Both the position numbers and the translations under genes were made by a program. From Malacoraja senta (taxonomy: Eukaryota), in the NCBI GenBank assembly GCA_038087875.1, contig JAXLNO010000676.1, forward strand, positions 1-64,000: DNA of 64,000 nt. The letters run 5' to 3'. This document shows positions 25,530-37,938 of this stretch, piece after piece (positions within the stretch are counted from its first letter, which is position 1; each line of letters starts with the position of its first letter). The notes beneath the pieces were generated by a model. The model was not told the DNA's origin. It worked only from the letters and a program-made list of their open reading frames with translations, and did not search any database.

Positions 25530-25860
25530 AAGGCCTGTCCCACTGTAGGAGTATATTCCAAGAGCTCTCCCGAGTTTAAAAAAAAATCAAACTCGTGGTA
25601 AGCACGTAGAATGAACGTAGCGGGTACGTCGGAGCTCGGGGACGTCTCTTAGCGGCTCGTAACGCTAACGGCAGGTACTCGGGAAGACTCGCTAATGGCA
25701 GGTAAGCTCGGGAAGACTCGTGAAGATTTTTCAACATGTTGAAAAATGTCCACGAGAGCCCCGAGTACCGACGAGCGGCCATTACCGTAAATCTCCGAGT
25801 TCGAATCAGGGCAAACTCGGGAGAACTCTTTGAACGAACTCGTACAGTGGGACAGGGCTA
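25530..25860. mobile_element. PIF/Harbinger MITE type C
   Basis: CCTGTCCCACTGTA TIRs and TTA TSD. Confidence 0.9.
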
Positions 25861-26295
25861 TTAGTCTACGGTGCAATAAAACACTTTGGACAGTTCACCC
25901 GCATTTACAGCCAATTGCTTTAGTACTAGAATATTTTCCCGGAAGGTATATTTTAGGTTGAACTGGGGAGGTGCAAGCTAGCAGACATGCTTGCATAACA
26001 CTTTTGGCAGCTGAATGCCAAGTTCGAAAGCTAAAATCCAGTTAAAATACCATGTACCTGCCAGCAAAACTCATTGCACACTTAGAATGACACAGGTGAC
26101 CATGGGACACCTATTACAGTTACATAGATGCCAGGCGAATGGACACAAATACATAAAATGACTACAGTTTACTTCATTGTCACATGGATCAAATGATTTG
26201 GACGATTAACAGAAAGAACATCATTCAAAGTTTCGTTTAGTTTAATACAATATATTGTGTTAAATATTCTATAGATAATATATTGTAATATTCTA

Positions 26296-26702
26296 CAGGT
26301 CCACCACGGATGTTCCGGCAACTGGTGGTCGGACAAAATTATGAGAGCGCATTTGAACCAGCCCCCCCCGGATTTCCCCCCGAAAATGTGGCGCCTAGGC
26401 CGGTTGAGGTGGCCGATCTCCACCTCATTGGGACTTCCGAGGCCGATCGGCGGGTCGGATTTGCCCCCCTGCGGCCGGGGCTCTGGAACTCCGGCCCGGA
26501 CGGAGCCGGCAGATCCGTTCCCATTGCCGACTCCCGGGGCCGACTTTTGCGGGCCGGTATCTCGGCCCCTCTGCGGCCTAGGCGGGCCGTTGCAGTGCCG
26601 TTGGACTCCTCTCGGAGGCCGTGACCTCTGTCGGTCCGGCAAGACGGATAATCCGGCAAAGGCTCTGGGACCAAGGGCGCCGGAAAACCGGTGGTGGACC
26701 TG
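26296..26702. mobile_element. Tc1/pogo(Tigger)-like MITE with CpG-rich core
   Basis: TA|CAGGTCCACCAC...GTGGTGGACCTG|TA. Confidence 0.82.
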
Positions 26703-27304
26703 TATAGTACATCCAAACAAACTGTAAGTGCAATCCGAACAGGTGTGTTACATTTAGCCTGTGAATGAATGGTGTGTTGAAAGCAAGAGTATAGAGTCCC
26801 CAGTATACATAGATAACCTCATGTACGTTTTTGAAGCTAAAAAAATGTTCAAGCTTCTGGTTGGACATTTCTGCTTCCTCCGCACACCTGTACGTGAATT
26901 TTTAATACTGGCGTTTACAAAAACCGTGAAGATTTGGAGCAGTTACAGGCAGTTTATTTGATCCATTTCATTTTGCAAATAATACCGGCTGAACATGTAA
27001 CAATCACTTACCCCTAATGTTATCAGAAATATTAACTCAAAATAAATGAGCTAACACCTGCATTAGAGCAGCAGGCAGCGAAATATAAAGCTCAGTTTCA
27101 GCAATATTAATTTCTGGACTCCAAACAATATGAGAAGCGAGTACATTATTTTGTTATAAATAGTTTAACCATAATGAGTGCCCAATGCTAGCTCAGTCTA
27201 CCTCAGTGTAATATGCACAGCATAAAATATTATAAATATATATATTTTTTTTTAAACTACAAAATCTGTAAAATACCCACAAAATGCCAATGCCATTCCT
27301 GTTA

Positions 27305-28095
27305 CAAGTTCCGCCACCGATCTTCCGGCAACTGATGGTCCGGCACCTCCTTTAACCCGGACAAAATTACCAGAGCACTTTTTCGGGCCTTGTGCGTCTG
27401 TCCTAAAAATAGTTAATTGCTCACTTACTTTGTTAATTGTTAAATCTTTATTTAAGTTTCTAGCAGCCCATGGTGCTATAGAGACAGATGAGCTGGAGCT
27501 GGAGAGGGTCCGGAGGAGGTTTACGAGAATGATCCCAGGAATGAGCATTTGACGGCACTGGGCCTGTACTCGCTGGAGTTTAGAAGGATGAGGAGGGGCC
27601 TCATTGAAACGTACAGAATAGTCAAAGGCCTGGATAGAGTGGATGTGGAGAGGATGTTTCCACTAGTGGGAGAGTCTAGGACCAGAGGCCGTAGCCTCAG
27701 AATTAAAGGACGTTCCTTTAAGGAGGATTCTCTTTAGTCAGAAGGTGGTGAAACTGTGGGATTCATTGCCACAGAAGGCTGTGGAGGACAAGTAAATGGA
27801 TATTTTTAAAGCAGCGATTGTCAGATTCTTGATTAGTACGGGCGTCAGGGGTTATGGGGTGAAGGCAGGAGAATGGGGTTGAGAGGGAAAGATAGATCAG
27901 CGGAGTACACTTGATGGGCCGAATGGCCTAATTCTGCCCCTATCACTTATGAACTTATGAGACATGGGAGGGATATAATTAGTGGGTCAGAGGCGTGTTG
28001 CTGAATTATTATTACGTGAGCTCTGTTGATCTGGCAAAATGGACAATCCGGGAAGGCTTTGGAACCAAGGTGCCGGAAAATCTATGGTGTTCCTG
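27305..28095. mobile_element. Related, more diverged Tc1/pogo-like MITE interrupted by a CR1 fragment (about 27490-27960)
   Basis: TA flanks; termini homologous to 26296-26702 (TTCCGGCAACTG..GGACAAAATTA and AATCCGG.AAGGCT.TGG.ACCAAGG..GCCGGAAAA). Confidence 0.7.
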
Positions 28096-28107
28096 TACCC
28101 CTTTTAC

Positions 28108-28167
28108 CATAGGGAATGGAATGCTTAGGTTTCCAACTGTCCAAACCATCCATGGCTAAAATCTTTC
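28108..28167 (-). CDS. Candidate 60-nt exon 2 of the unidentified gene: (G)KILAMDGLDSWKPKHSIPY
   Basis: Unique sequence with acceptor tttttgcttgcatctgcag and donor TG|gtaaaa. Only one frame is open, it is symmetric phase 1-1, and it contains a Kozak-like GCCATGG. Confidence 0.6.
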
Positions 28168-29031
28168 CTGCAGATGCAAGCAAAAACATTCTTCATGTTC
28201 ACTTCAGCGATTTCCTGTGCAATTTGGTCATATTTACCTCACAAATGACAAGTCGTCTCAATGCACATCAGCTTGCCATTTTGGAATATATATTAAGAGT
28301 CATCCCACACAGAAACAGGTCATTCGGCCCATCTTTTTTTTTTAGAGATACAGTGCAGAAACAGGCCCTTCGGCCCACCGAGTCCGCTTCGACCAGCGCT
28401 CACCCCGCACACTAACACTATCCTGCACACACTCGGGACAATTGACACATACACCAAGCCAATTAACCTACATACCTGTTCGTCTTTGGAGTGTGGGAGG
28501 AAACCGAAGATCTCGGGAAAAAAAACAGGCTGTCACAGGGAGAACGTACAAACTCCGTACAGACAGCGCCCGTGGTCGGGATCGAACCTGCGTCTCCGGC
28601 GCTGTAAGGCAACAACTCTACCGCTGCGCCACCGTGCCGCCCCGCCACACACCTTGTCCATGGGCAACTATCCATGTTCATCTCATCTTTCAGCACTTGA
28701 CCCACACCTCCCTATGCTTGAACCTCGTTCAAGAATCCATCTGGACATCGCCTAAATGCCAAGGGGGAAAAAAAGACATGAAGTGCTGGAGTAACTCTGC
28801 GGGTCAGGCCAGCATCTCTGGGGAACACAGAGAGATGTTTCGAGTCGGGACTCATGTTCAGACAGTTTCCTGACCTGAAGCGTCACCTGTCTGCGTTCTC
28901 CTCTTGGACCTCAACACAGCTCTTCACCTCCACACGGCCACTCCCAATGGGCCACTCCGCTACATCTTGCCTTGCTTTCATCTGCTGCTCAATTGACCAA
29001 GAGTAGTCAAAGATACAAAAAGCTGGAATAA

Positions 29032-29130
29032 AGGGCCTGTCCCACTGTACGAGATAATTCAAGAGTTCTCCCGAGTTTTCCCCTGATTCGAACTCGGAGA
29101 ATGTCCGTAGCGGGTCCGTAGGAGTTCGTG
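29032..29130. mobile_element. Truncated Harbinger MITE type C end
   Basis: TAA|AGGGCCTGTCCCACTGTACGAGATAATTCAAGAG, the same end as at 59792. Confidence 0.8.
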
Positions 29131-32100
29131 GATGCTTTCAAGAGAGAGTTAGATAGAGCTCTTAAAGATAGCGGAGTCGGGGGATATGGTGAGAAGGCAG
29201 GAACAGGGTACTGATTGGGATGATCAGCCATGATCACAGTGAATGGCTCGAAGGGCCGAATGGCCTACTCCTGCACCGAATGGCCTACTCCTGCACCTAC
29301 TGTCTATTGTCTATTGACCAACTTTGTAAACCTTCCACTACTGTTGAGTTTTGCTACAGTTCCTATTCCCTTTTTTGGTGGAAAAAAATATCCACATTAC
29401 AATTAGTGACCTTAAATAAATATAATACTTAGTTGCGGGAGAGTTAAAAAACAGTCTGACGAAGGGTCTGGACCCGAACGTCACCCATTCCTTCTCTCCA
29501 GAGACGCTGCCTGTCCCGCTGAGTTACTCCAGCATTCTGTGTCTGTCTTCTAATACTTATTGTTTTTGTTTTGGCCACGACCAGAAGATTACAAGACCAA
29601 ACTAAATGATTTTGCAGATCTATTCACTACAGCTATGTCAACGAGCAGTTTATATATTTTTTCCCAGTACGTTTGCACCTCCCTACATTCCAATTTATCC
29701 CAAAACTCTGATATCGTAATCTGCTCCTTCTCACTGGTTACTTTGCTTCCTTGCTTCCTGCCTCCTTCATAATCTGAATTTAGTTTATCCTTGAATGTCC
29801 CGACTACATTTTATCTCTGTCTGCTTCGTTGCCACCTTCTCTGAGCTAACAATGATCTACTCCTCATTGTCCTTGTTCCGCATCTCTTTTGATGTCTTGT
29901 TTTCACTCCCTCCCCATCCATATCTCCGTCTCCCTCTCCCCTGACTCTCAGTCCGATGAAGGGTCTTGACCAAAACATCACCCATTTTATCCCTGTTTGC
30001 TTTATTGTTAACTTCACCCAACTAACAATGATCTACTCTACATTTTCCTTGATCTCCATTCCCCTTGTCCTGTTTTCACACCTTACGCTACCTTATCTTT
30101 GTATCTTCCTCTCCCCTGACATCAGTCCGATGAAGGGTCTCGACCCGAAACGTCACCCATTCCTTCTCTTCAGAGATGCTGCCTGTCCCGCTGAGTTACT
30201 CCAGCATTTTGTGTCTATCTTTGTGTGAATATTGACTACTCTAACTTCAAGTAACCCTTGCTTTCCCTCTTTCCATCCCTCCCCCATCCTAGTTCTCCGG
30301 CCAGTCTGACTGTCCTCCTGATTAAATTTTATCTTTGCATGCTTCGTTGTCAACTTCCCGAGCCAATAATGTCCTATTCTACATTTTCCTTGACCATCGT
30401 CCCCTTTGATGTTTCATTTTCACACCTCACCCTTCCATCTCTCTCTCTCTCTCTCTTTCTCTCTGCCTCAGAGGGCGGTGGAAGCAGGTTCTCTGGATGC
30501 TTTCGAGAGAGAGCTAGGTAGGGCTCTTAAAAATAGCGGAGTCAGAGGATTTGGGGAGAAAGCAGGAACGGGGTACTGATTGGGGATGATCAGCTATGAT
30601 CACATTGAATGGCGGTGCTGTCTCAAAGGGCCGAATGACCTACTCCTGCACCTAATGTCTATTGTCTATTGTCCATATCCCTCCCCTGACTCTCAGTCTG
30701 AAGACGGGTCTCGACCAGAAACGTAGCCCATTCCATCTCTCCAGAGATGCTGCCTGTCCCGCTGAGTTACTCCAGCATTTTGTGTCTATCTTTCTCCACC
30801 TCATGTTTCGCTTGGGCAGCTTTCAGCCCAACGGTATGACTTTTAATCTCTCTAATTTCAAGTAACCTTTGCATCCCCCATCTCACCGTCTCTCCCTACC
30901 CTAGTCGTCCTGCTACTTTCATTGTTGTCCGCCTAGTTTCACTGTTCATACCCCTTTGGTATCACCTCCTCCCCAGCCAACAATGGACCATTGTGAGCTC
31001 CACTTTTCCTTGGCCATCAGTGCCGGCTCTGATTTGTTGTGAACCTCTTCATACCTCTAGTTTCCCTCTTCCCCCTGACTCTCAGTCTGAAGAAGGGTCC
31101 CAACCTTTATCGCAACAGAACATATCGAGCATACAACATAACAGCACAGGAATAGGCCCTTCAGCCCACAATGAATGTGTTGGACACGATACCAAGACCA
31201 TCTCTTGTCTCTGGCGAAAAGGAGTAGGTGACGTTACGGGTTGGAACCTTTCTTGCGACTGAAAGATACCTCACATTTTCTTGCCTCCTGTTCCCACCCC
31301 ACCCCCAAAACCATGATCTTTCAGTCTGAAGAAGGGTTCTGAGACGAAACCTTACCTATTACGTTTCTCCAGAGATGCTTCCTGACCGAGTTACTTCAGC
31401 ATTTTTTTGTCCACCTCTACACGTCTTATCTGCAATTCCCGGTTGACTTACCACAAAGAAACACTAGACTCACTCCACCTCCCACACTTTCGTTACCTCA
31501 TCGTTTGGCTTCAACCTATGGTGGAATTCATTGCCACAGCCGTCTGAGCCGGGCAAGTCAATGGATATTTTTTAAGGCATAGATATACTGATTCTTGATT
31601 GATACGGGTGTCAGGTGTGACGGGGAGAAGGCAGGAGAATGGGGCTGAGAGGGAGAGATAGATCAGCCATGATTGAATGGCGGAGTGGACGATGGGCCGA
31701 ATGGCCTCATTCTGCTTATGAACTTAGTGTTGCACTCTGTAATCTCTCTAAATCTCCACTTTTACACTCGATGTTTGAGACCGACCTCAAAACTAATTTC
31801 TAGCTAAACTTTCTATTATTTTGAGTAATTTATTTAAGGCTTGGCGCTGCATCCGCATTTAATTACACCTCTGCGAACTGCCATTATGTTGTTTATCCAC
31901 ATTGTGGTGCTTTTTAAGAGCAATGTGTTACTGTACAGTATGTACTCCTTACCCGTACTGTTTACTTTTAATCAGGTTTGGCTGTGATTTATGTGCTCAA
32001 TTAGTACAAGCAGTTCAACCGCTGTCAGTCGAGGCACAAAATCAAACTCTCTCGTCTCACTAACCCATGAGAAGATAATTTAAAAATGGCAATGCCCTGA

Positions 32101-32229
32101 TACTAACGAACAATAAAATTAATTTGTCAATTTACATATTTACATAAATCCACAACTTGCATTATAATCATAATTGTAAATGTGATGAACCTTACCATTT
32201 GACTTGCATAATAAAAAGACAATAAGTTA

Positions 32230-32559
32230 TAGCCCTGTCCCACTGTACGAGTTCATTCCAAGAGCTCTCACGAGTCTAAAAAAAAATCAAACTCGTGGTA
32301 AGCACGGAGAATGAACGTAGCGGGTACGTCGGAGCTCGGGGACGTCTCTTACCGGCTCGTAACGCGAATGGCAGGTACTCGGGAAGACTCGCTAACGGCA
32401 GGTAAGCACGGGAAGACTCGTGAAGATTTTTCAACACGTTGAACTTGTCCACGAGAGCCCCGAGTACCGACGAGTGGCCATTACCGTATATCTCCGAGTT
32501 CGACACAGGGCAAACTCGGGAGAGCTCTTGGAGTTAACTTGTACCGTGGGACAGGGGTT
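32230..32559. mobile_element. PIF/Harbinger MITE type C, 80 bp into intron 1 of the candidate gene
   Basis: Colinear with 25530-25860; TTA/TAA flanks. Confidence 0.9.
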
Positions 32560-32599
32560 TAAAGCAGCCCGGTTTCTAAGTTAAGTTCCAAGCCTGTTC

Positions 32600-32990
32600 T
32601 TTCCACAATACTCCGCTGTTTGGAAAACCGAGATTAGTACCGTAGCAGCGTGCCGGGACGCTCCCGCCAAGCATTCCCGACTTGCCCGCCGCACTCTCCG
32701 GCTGGACCGGGAACCCGCCCGAAGGCTCGGCGGTCTGCGTAACCGGGAGGGAGCTGGAGACGGCGGAGGCGAGGGGCAAGGGCGGGTGGGGGGGGGGGGG
32801 GGGTGAACCAGGGTGATGCCTCCAGCGCCTTCAAGAGGCGCCCCCCCCCCGGGACACAAAGGTGGCCGGGCGAGGAGAGGACAGGAGAGGGACGTCGGTT
32901 GGGGGGAACCGCTCCAGTACATCGAGCGCGCGGGCCGACCGGACTTTGGACTCTTGAATGATGGCGGTGCTCGCATGTGTAATGCGTGCA
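32600..32990 (-). promoter_or_regulatory. CpG island / likely promoter and first exon of the unidentified minus-strand gene
   Basis: Non-repetitive, very GC- and CpG-rich stretch with GC boxes (gggcggg) and G/C runs, ending in a minus-strand splice donor. Confidence 0.7.
32641..32674 (-). CDS. Candidate coding part of exon 1 of an unidentified gene (MLGGSVPARCY, phase 1)
   Basis: ATG at 32674 inside a CpG island; donor CG|gtacta at 32640. It splices in frame to the 60-nt exon at 28167. Confidence 0.5.
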
Positions 32991-33695
32991 AACAGAATTT
33001 CACTGCAACAAATAAAGCGTTGACCATTGGAACAGATGGGGAGCGACACAGATAGCTCTGGACTGCTCCTCTGCATTAAGTAGAGCCGATGATGGCACTA
33101 TGGCTGTTGAAAACCTTGGTCAGTTCGACGTCCATTCGTAAATAATGTTCAGCAAAGCAGCCGAGAATTTGGGGGAACACATAAACACAGTAAACCCTCT
33201 GACCACAGTGGGGGGGGGGGGGGTGGAATGGGGCCCGTTATTGCCGATTGTGCTCTATAACCGAGTGTCGTTTATAGAGATACAGCCTGGAAACAGGCCT
33301 TACGGCCCACCGAGTCCACGCCGACCAGCGATCAGCCTAGGACCAGAGGGTACAGCCTCAGAATAAAAGGGTGTATCTTTAGAAAGGAGTTGAGGAGGAA
33401 TTTCTTTCGTCAGAGGGTTCATTGTATAAAATTCCCATTAACGGACAAAGGCTGGGGACGCAAGCCAAACAGTTGTGTTGTCTCCAACGGGAATAAGTGC
33501 TTAAAGACGAAGATAAACACAAAGTGCTGGAGTAACTCAGCGGGTCAGACAACATCTCTGGGGAGAAGAAATAGATGATGTTCTTCTTCAGACCCGATGC
33601 TGCCTGACCTGCTGAGTCACTCCAGCTTTTTGTGTCTGTCTTCGATTTAAAGCAGCATCTGCAGTTCCATCCCACACACACATGTGCTTAAAGAC

Positions 33696-34002
33696 GGTTG
33701 GGTTGGTATTGGGTTGGGTTGGGTTGGTATTGGGTTGGGCTGGGATGGGTTGGGTTGGTAATGGGTGGGGATGGGTTGGGTTGGTAATGGGTTGGGATGG
33801 TAATGGGTGGGGATGGGTTGGTATTGGATTGGGTTGGGATTAGGTTGATATTGGGTTGGGTTGGGGTTGTGTTTGGGTTGGGTTGGTATTGGATGGGGTT
33901 GGTAATGGGTTAGGATGGGTTGGGTTGGTAATGGGTTGGGTTGGGGTTGGGTTGGTATTGGAGTGGGTCGGTATTGGGTTGGGGTTGTGTTGGGTTAGGT
34001 TG
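33696..34002. repeat. Degenerate (GGGTT)n/(GGTAWT) G-rich simple repeat
   Basis: Seen directly; many GGG runs. Confidence 0.95.
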
Positions 34003-34250
34003 GCATCCATCCATCTGCGAGAGATGCTGGTGCGGCTTTGACGTTGTCTGATTTGGAGAGGGGAATGTTTCATCTGTAGTTGCTATCCCCGCTGTGGCTG
34101 ACTAGTCCCGTCCTCGACAGGCTGACAGTCCCACAACTCCAACAGGTGAAGTTGTCTCTGGCCGTTGGACCGGGGAGAGCGTCGCGGTCCCTCTCGCTGT
34201 CGGCCATCTTGTAACGTTGGCGCCCGGCCTCCAGGTTCTTGGACCATAAC
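34000..34250 (-). mobile_element. Old RTE-clade LINE 3' remnant downstream of the GCNT7 stop
   Basis: Minus strand encodes FTCWSCGTVSLSRTGLVSH (resembles the RTE C-terminal CxxCGxxCxSRxGLxSH) and ends ..GGATGCCAAC, running into the (CCAAC)n repeat. Confidence 0.6.
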
Positions 34251-34354
34251 AGGAGAAACCGTTTTTTTTTTCTCCTATTGAACTGATAGAAAGGCGGGTA
34301 CGTTAAGCGAGCACTTCCTCCAATTGTTAATCACTCAATGGTCTTCAGATGGGG

Positions 34355-34593
34355 TCAGCTATTGCAGTCGTCGCCCTCGATGTCAAAGAAGCACTTGTTC
34401 TTGGGAACCCGCCATTCTGGCTGAATGGGGACTTCCGACTGAGACAACGTTTTGCGCCGTAACCAGCGCTCCATGCACTCGGCCACGAGAGGGTGAATGT
34501 CAACCTCAAACTTGTTGGCAAATAAGCTGTCCCTTTGAATCAGCCACTCCAGGTCCCCCAATCCGTACACGCAGATGTTGTGGACATAATGGC
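34355..34593 (-). CDS. GCNT7: Last coding exon of the GCNT7-like glycosyltransferase (GT14 family C-terminus)
   Basis: Branch point CTAAC plus tttgcttccctcag acceptor. Translates (G)[60 protein letters not shown]...CNS*. C(V/I)YGxGDL and LFANKF are diagnostic of GCNT enzymes. The large first coding exon was not found in the window. Confidence 0.92.
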
Positions 34594-34854
34594 CTGAGGG
34601 AAGCAAAACAGACTGTTAGAGGCAAAGATAGGCACAAAAAGCTGGAGTAACTCAGCGGGTCAGGCAGCATCTCTGGGGAAAAGGAATGGGTGACGTTTCG
34701 GATCGAGATCCGTCTTCAGGCTGTGAGTAGGGGGAAAGGGAAACGAGAGATATATAGACGGTGATGTAGAGAGATATAGAAGACACGGACAAAAGAAATT
34801 GTAAAAAAGTAACGATGATAAAGGAAACAGGCCATTGTTAGCGGTGGCATCATA

Positions 34855-35555
34855 GATTAGAGTTTCGAGATACAGGCCCTTCATCCCACCAAGTCAACGC
34901 TGACCACCATCATCCATTCACACTAGTTTAGTTTAGAGATACAACGCGGAAAAAGGCCTTTCGTCCCACCTAGTCCGCACCGACCAGCAATCATTCAATC
35001 ACTCTAGTCTACTTTAGTTTAGTTTAGGGATACAGCACGAAAACAGGCCCGTCGGCCCACCGAGTCAACGCCGACCATTGGTCACCCGTTCACACACTAG
35101 TTTAGTTTAGAGATACAGCCCGGAAACAAGCCCTTCGGCCCACCGAGTCCGCACTGACCATCGATCGCACCGATCATAGACACAAAAAGCTGAAGTGACT
35201 TAGCAGGTCAGACAGCATCTCTGGAAAAGTGGAAGAGGTGACTTTTCGGGTCGAGACTCTCTTCAGACCCGTTCACGCTAGTTTAGTCTAGTTTGGTTTA
35301 GAGATACAGCGGAAACAGGCCCTACGTCCCACCGAGCCTGCGCCAAACCATCGTTCACACTGGTTTAGTCGAGAGACACAGCGTACAAACAGGTCCTTCA
35401 GCCCACTGAGTCAACACTGATCATCTATCAACCGTTCACACTGGTTTAGTTTAGTTTAGTTTAGTTTAGACGAGAGATACAATGCAGAAACAGGCCCGTC
35501 GGCCCACCGACCATCAGTCATGCATTCTCACTAGTTTAGTTTAGTTTAGTTCAGA
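34855..35555 (-). repeat. Head-to-tail array of about 7-8 diverged HE1 SINE 3' tails (about 80-90 bp unit)
   Basis: Repeated TAGTTTAG..AGATACAGC..GAAACAGGCCC.TCGGCCCACCGAGTC..CCGACCA..CGTTCACAC; a Penelope piece sits at about 35178-35267. Confidence 0.85.
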
Positions 35556-37922
35556 GAGCCAGAGAACATAGGTTTAAAGAGAGGGGGGGCAACATTTAAA
35601 AGCAACCCGAGGGGCAACCTATTTACACAAAAGGTGGTGGATGTATGGAATGAGCTGCCGAAGGTACATTTAGACAGGTACATGAATGGATAGGTTTAGA
35701 GGGATATGAGCCAAACACGGGCAGATGGGTCTAGTGGAGACGGGGCATGTGGGTCGGTGTGGGCATGTTGGGCGAAGGGCCTGTTTCCACTCCGTATCAC
35801 TCTATGACCTATCAATGCCATACTCTACACCACCACAAGGTGGAGCTCCTTCAACAGAACCAATATTTATGTCTGAAGCTGGCTTCACAAATACCTAGTG
35901 CAATAAAAACAAACTGCCAGAGGAACACGGTGGGTCATGGCAGCATCTGTGGAGGGAAACCGTGGGGCGGCACGGTGGCGCAGCGGTAGAGTTGCTGCCT
36001 CACAGCGCCAGAGACCGGGCTTCGATCCTGACTACCGGAGCCGTCTGTCCGGAGTTTGTACGTCCTCCCCGTGACCTGCGTGGGTTTTCTCCGGGATCTC
36101 CGGTTTCCTCCCACACTCCAAAGACGTACAGGTTTGCAGGTTAATTGGCTTGGTGTAATTGCAAATTGTCCCTGATAATTGTAAACTGCGTGTGCAGGAT
36201 AGCGTTAGTGTACAGGGATCGCTGGTCAGCGCAGACTCGGTGGGCCGAAGGGCCTGTTTCCGCGCAGTACTTCTAAACTAAACTAAACAAACAGATGGTG
36301 TTTGGGGTCAGGACCCTTCTTGGATCTGACCTCTCACCTTCAAGCTATGCCCTCTGCTATTAGATGATTCCACCGTAGGAAAAAGGTTCTGACTGTCTAC
36401 CCTGTCTACACCTCTCATAATTTTATACATTTCTATCAGGTCTCCCCTCAGCCTTTGACACTCCGGAGAAAACAACCAAGTTTGTACAACCATCTTCTCA
36501 TAACTAACACCCTCTAATCCAAGATTTAATAGGAACCTGAAGGGCAACATTTTTTATACAGAGGGTATAGGGTGTATGGAACGAGTTGCCAGATGAAGGC
36601 CGGTGCAACATACGATCGAGTGGACATGAACGTGGAGAGGATGTTTCCAGTTGTGGAAGAGTCTCGGACCAGAGGTCATAGAATTAAAGGACATTCTTTT
36701 CGGAAGGAGATGAGGAGAAATTTCTTCAGTCGGAGAGTGGTGAATCTGTGGAATTCTTTGCCACAGAAGGCTGTGGAGGCCAAGTCAGTGGATATTTTTA
36801 AGGCAGAAATAGATAGATTCTTGATTAGTACGGGTGTCAGAGGTTATGGGGAGAAGGCAGGAGGAGTGGGGTTGGGGGGGGAGATAGATCAGTCATGATT
36901 GAATGGCAGAGAAAACTTGATGGGCCCAATGGCCTAATTCTGCTCCTATCACTTATGACCTAATGATCTTACAACCACATTTCAAAGACATTTGGGCAGG
37001 TACATGGATAGTGAATAGACAATAGACAATAGACAATAGGTGCAGGAGTAAGCCATTTGGCCCTTCGAGCGAGCACCGCCATTCAATGTGATCATGGCTG
37101 ATCATCCCCAATCAGTACCTCGTTCCTGCCTTCTCCCCATATCCCCTGACTCCGCGATCTTTAAGTCCTATCTAGCTCTCTCTTGAAAGTATCCAGAGCT
37201 TTGGAGGGAACTGGGCCAGAGGGACCAGTGAGGATGGGACATCTTAATCGGCTTGGTCAGGTTTGACCCAAGGGCCTGTTTCCTGCCTGTATGACTCTAT
37301 GGCTGATAGTTGTGTGGGAGGGGAGAAAGCAGGAAACAGGGGATAAAAGAAAGCTGAAGGTAGACACACAATGCTGGAGTAACTCATCAGGACAGGCAGC
37401 ATCTCTGGAGAGAAGGAATGGGTGATGTTTTGGGTTGATTTCAGGTGAGAGGGATATACATGGATAAGGAAGTGTAAGGTGTGAAAACAGGACAAAGGGA
37501 ATCGAGATCAAGGAAAATGTAGAATGGATCATTGTTAGCTGGGAGAAGGAAACAACAAAGCAAACAGGGATAAAAAGTAGTCGGAGAAAGTCAGACTGGT
37601 TGGAGAACTGGGAAGGGGGAGAGATGGAAAGAGAGGGAAAGCAAGGGTTACTTGAAGTTAGAGAAGTCAATGTTCATACACTGGGGTGTAAGCTGCCCAA
37701 GCGAAATATGAGGTGCTGTTCCTCCAATTTGCGCTATGCCTCACTGATTAGAAGGTTTTTTGTGTGTCTTCACGTTCAAAGTGTCTGAATCTTCAGAGGC
37801 AGGCTTGTCAGTTATGATGTTTTGATATTATCCACGAACCCAACCCACTTGCCACACACAGAACGACCGAGGCTGTATTCAATCAGATGCTTTTCTCTTT
37901 GTGCTTACAGAGTATTTCTCCA

Positions 37923-37938
37923 CCACCAGGGGGCAGCA
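37923..37938 (+). promoter_or_regulatory. CTCF-like motif at a SINE/flank junction
   Basis: CCACCAGGGGGCAGCA matches the CTCF core consensus; binding is not shown. Confidence 0.4.

Noticed and set aside
33696..34002. Interstitial telomere
   Set aside because: The unit is GGGTT, not TTAGGG.
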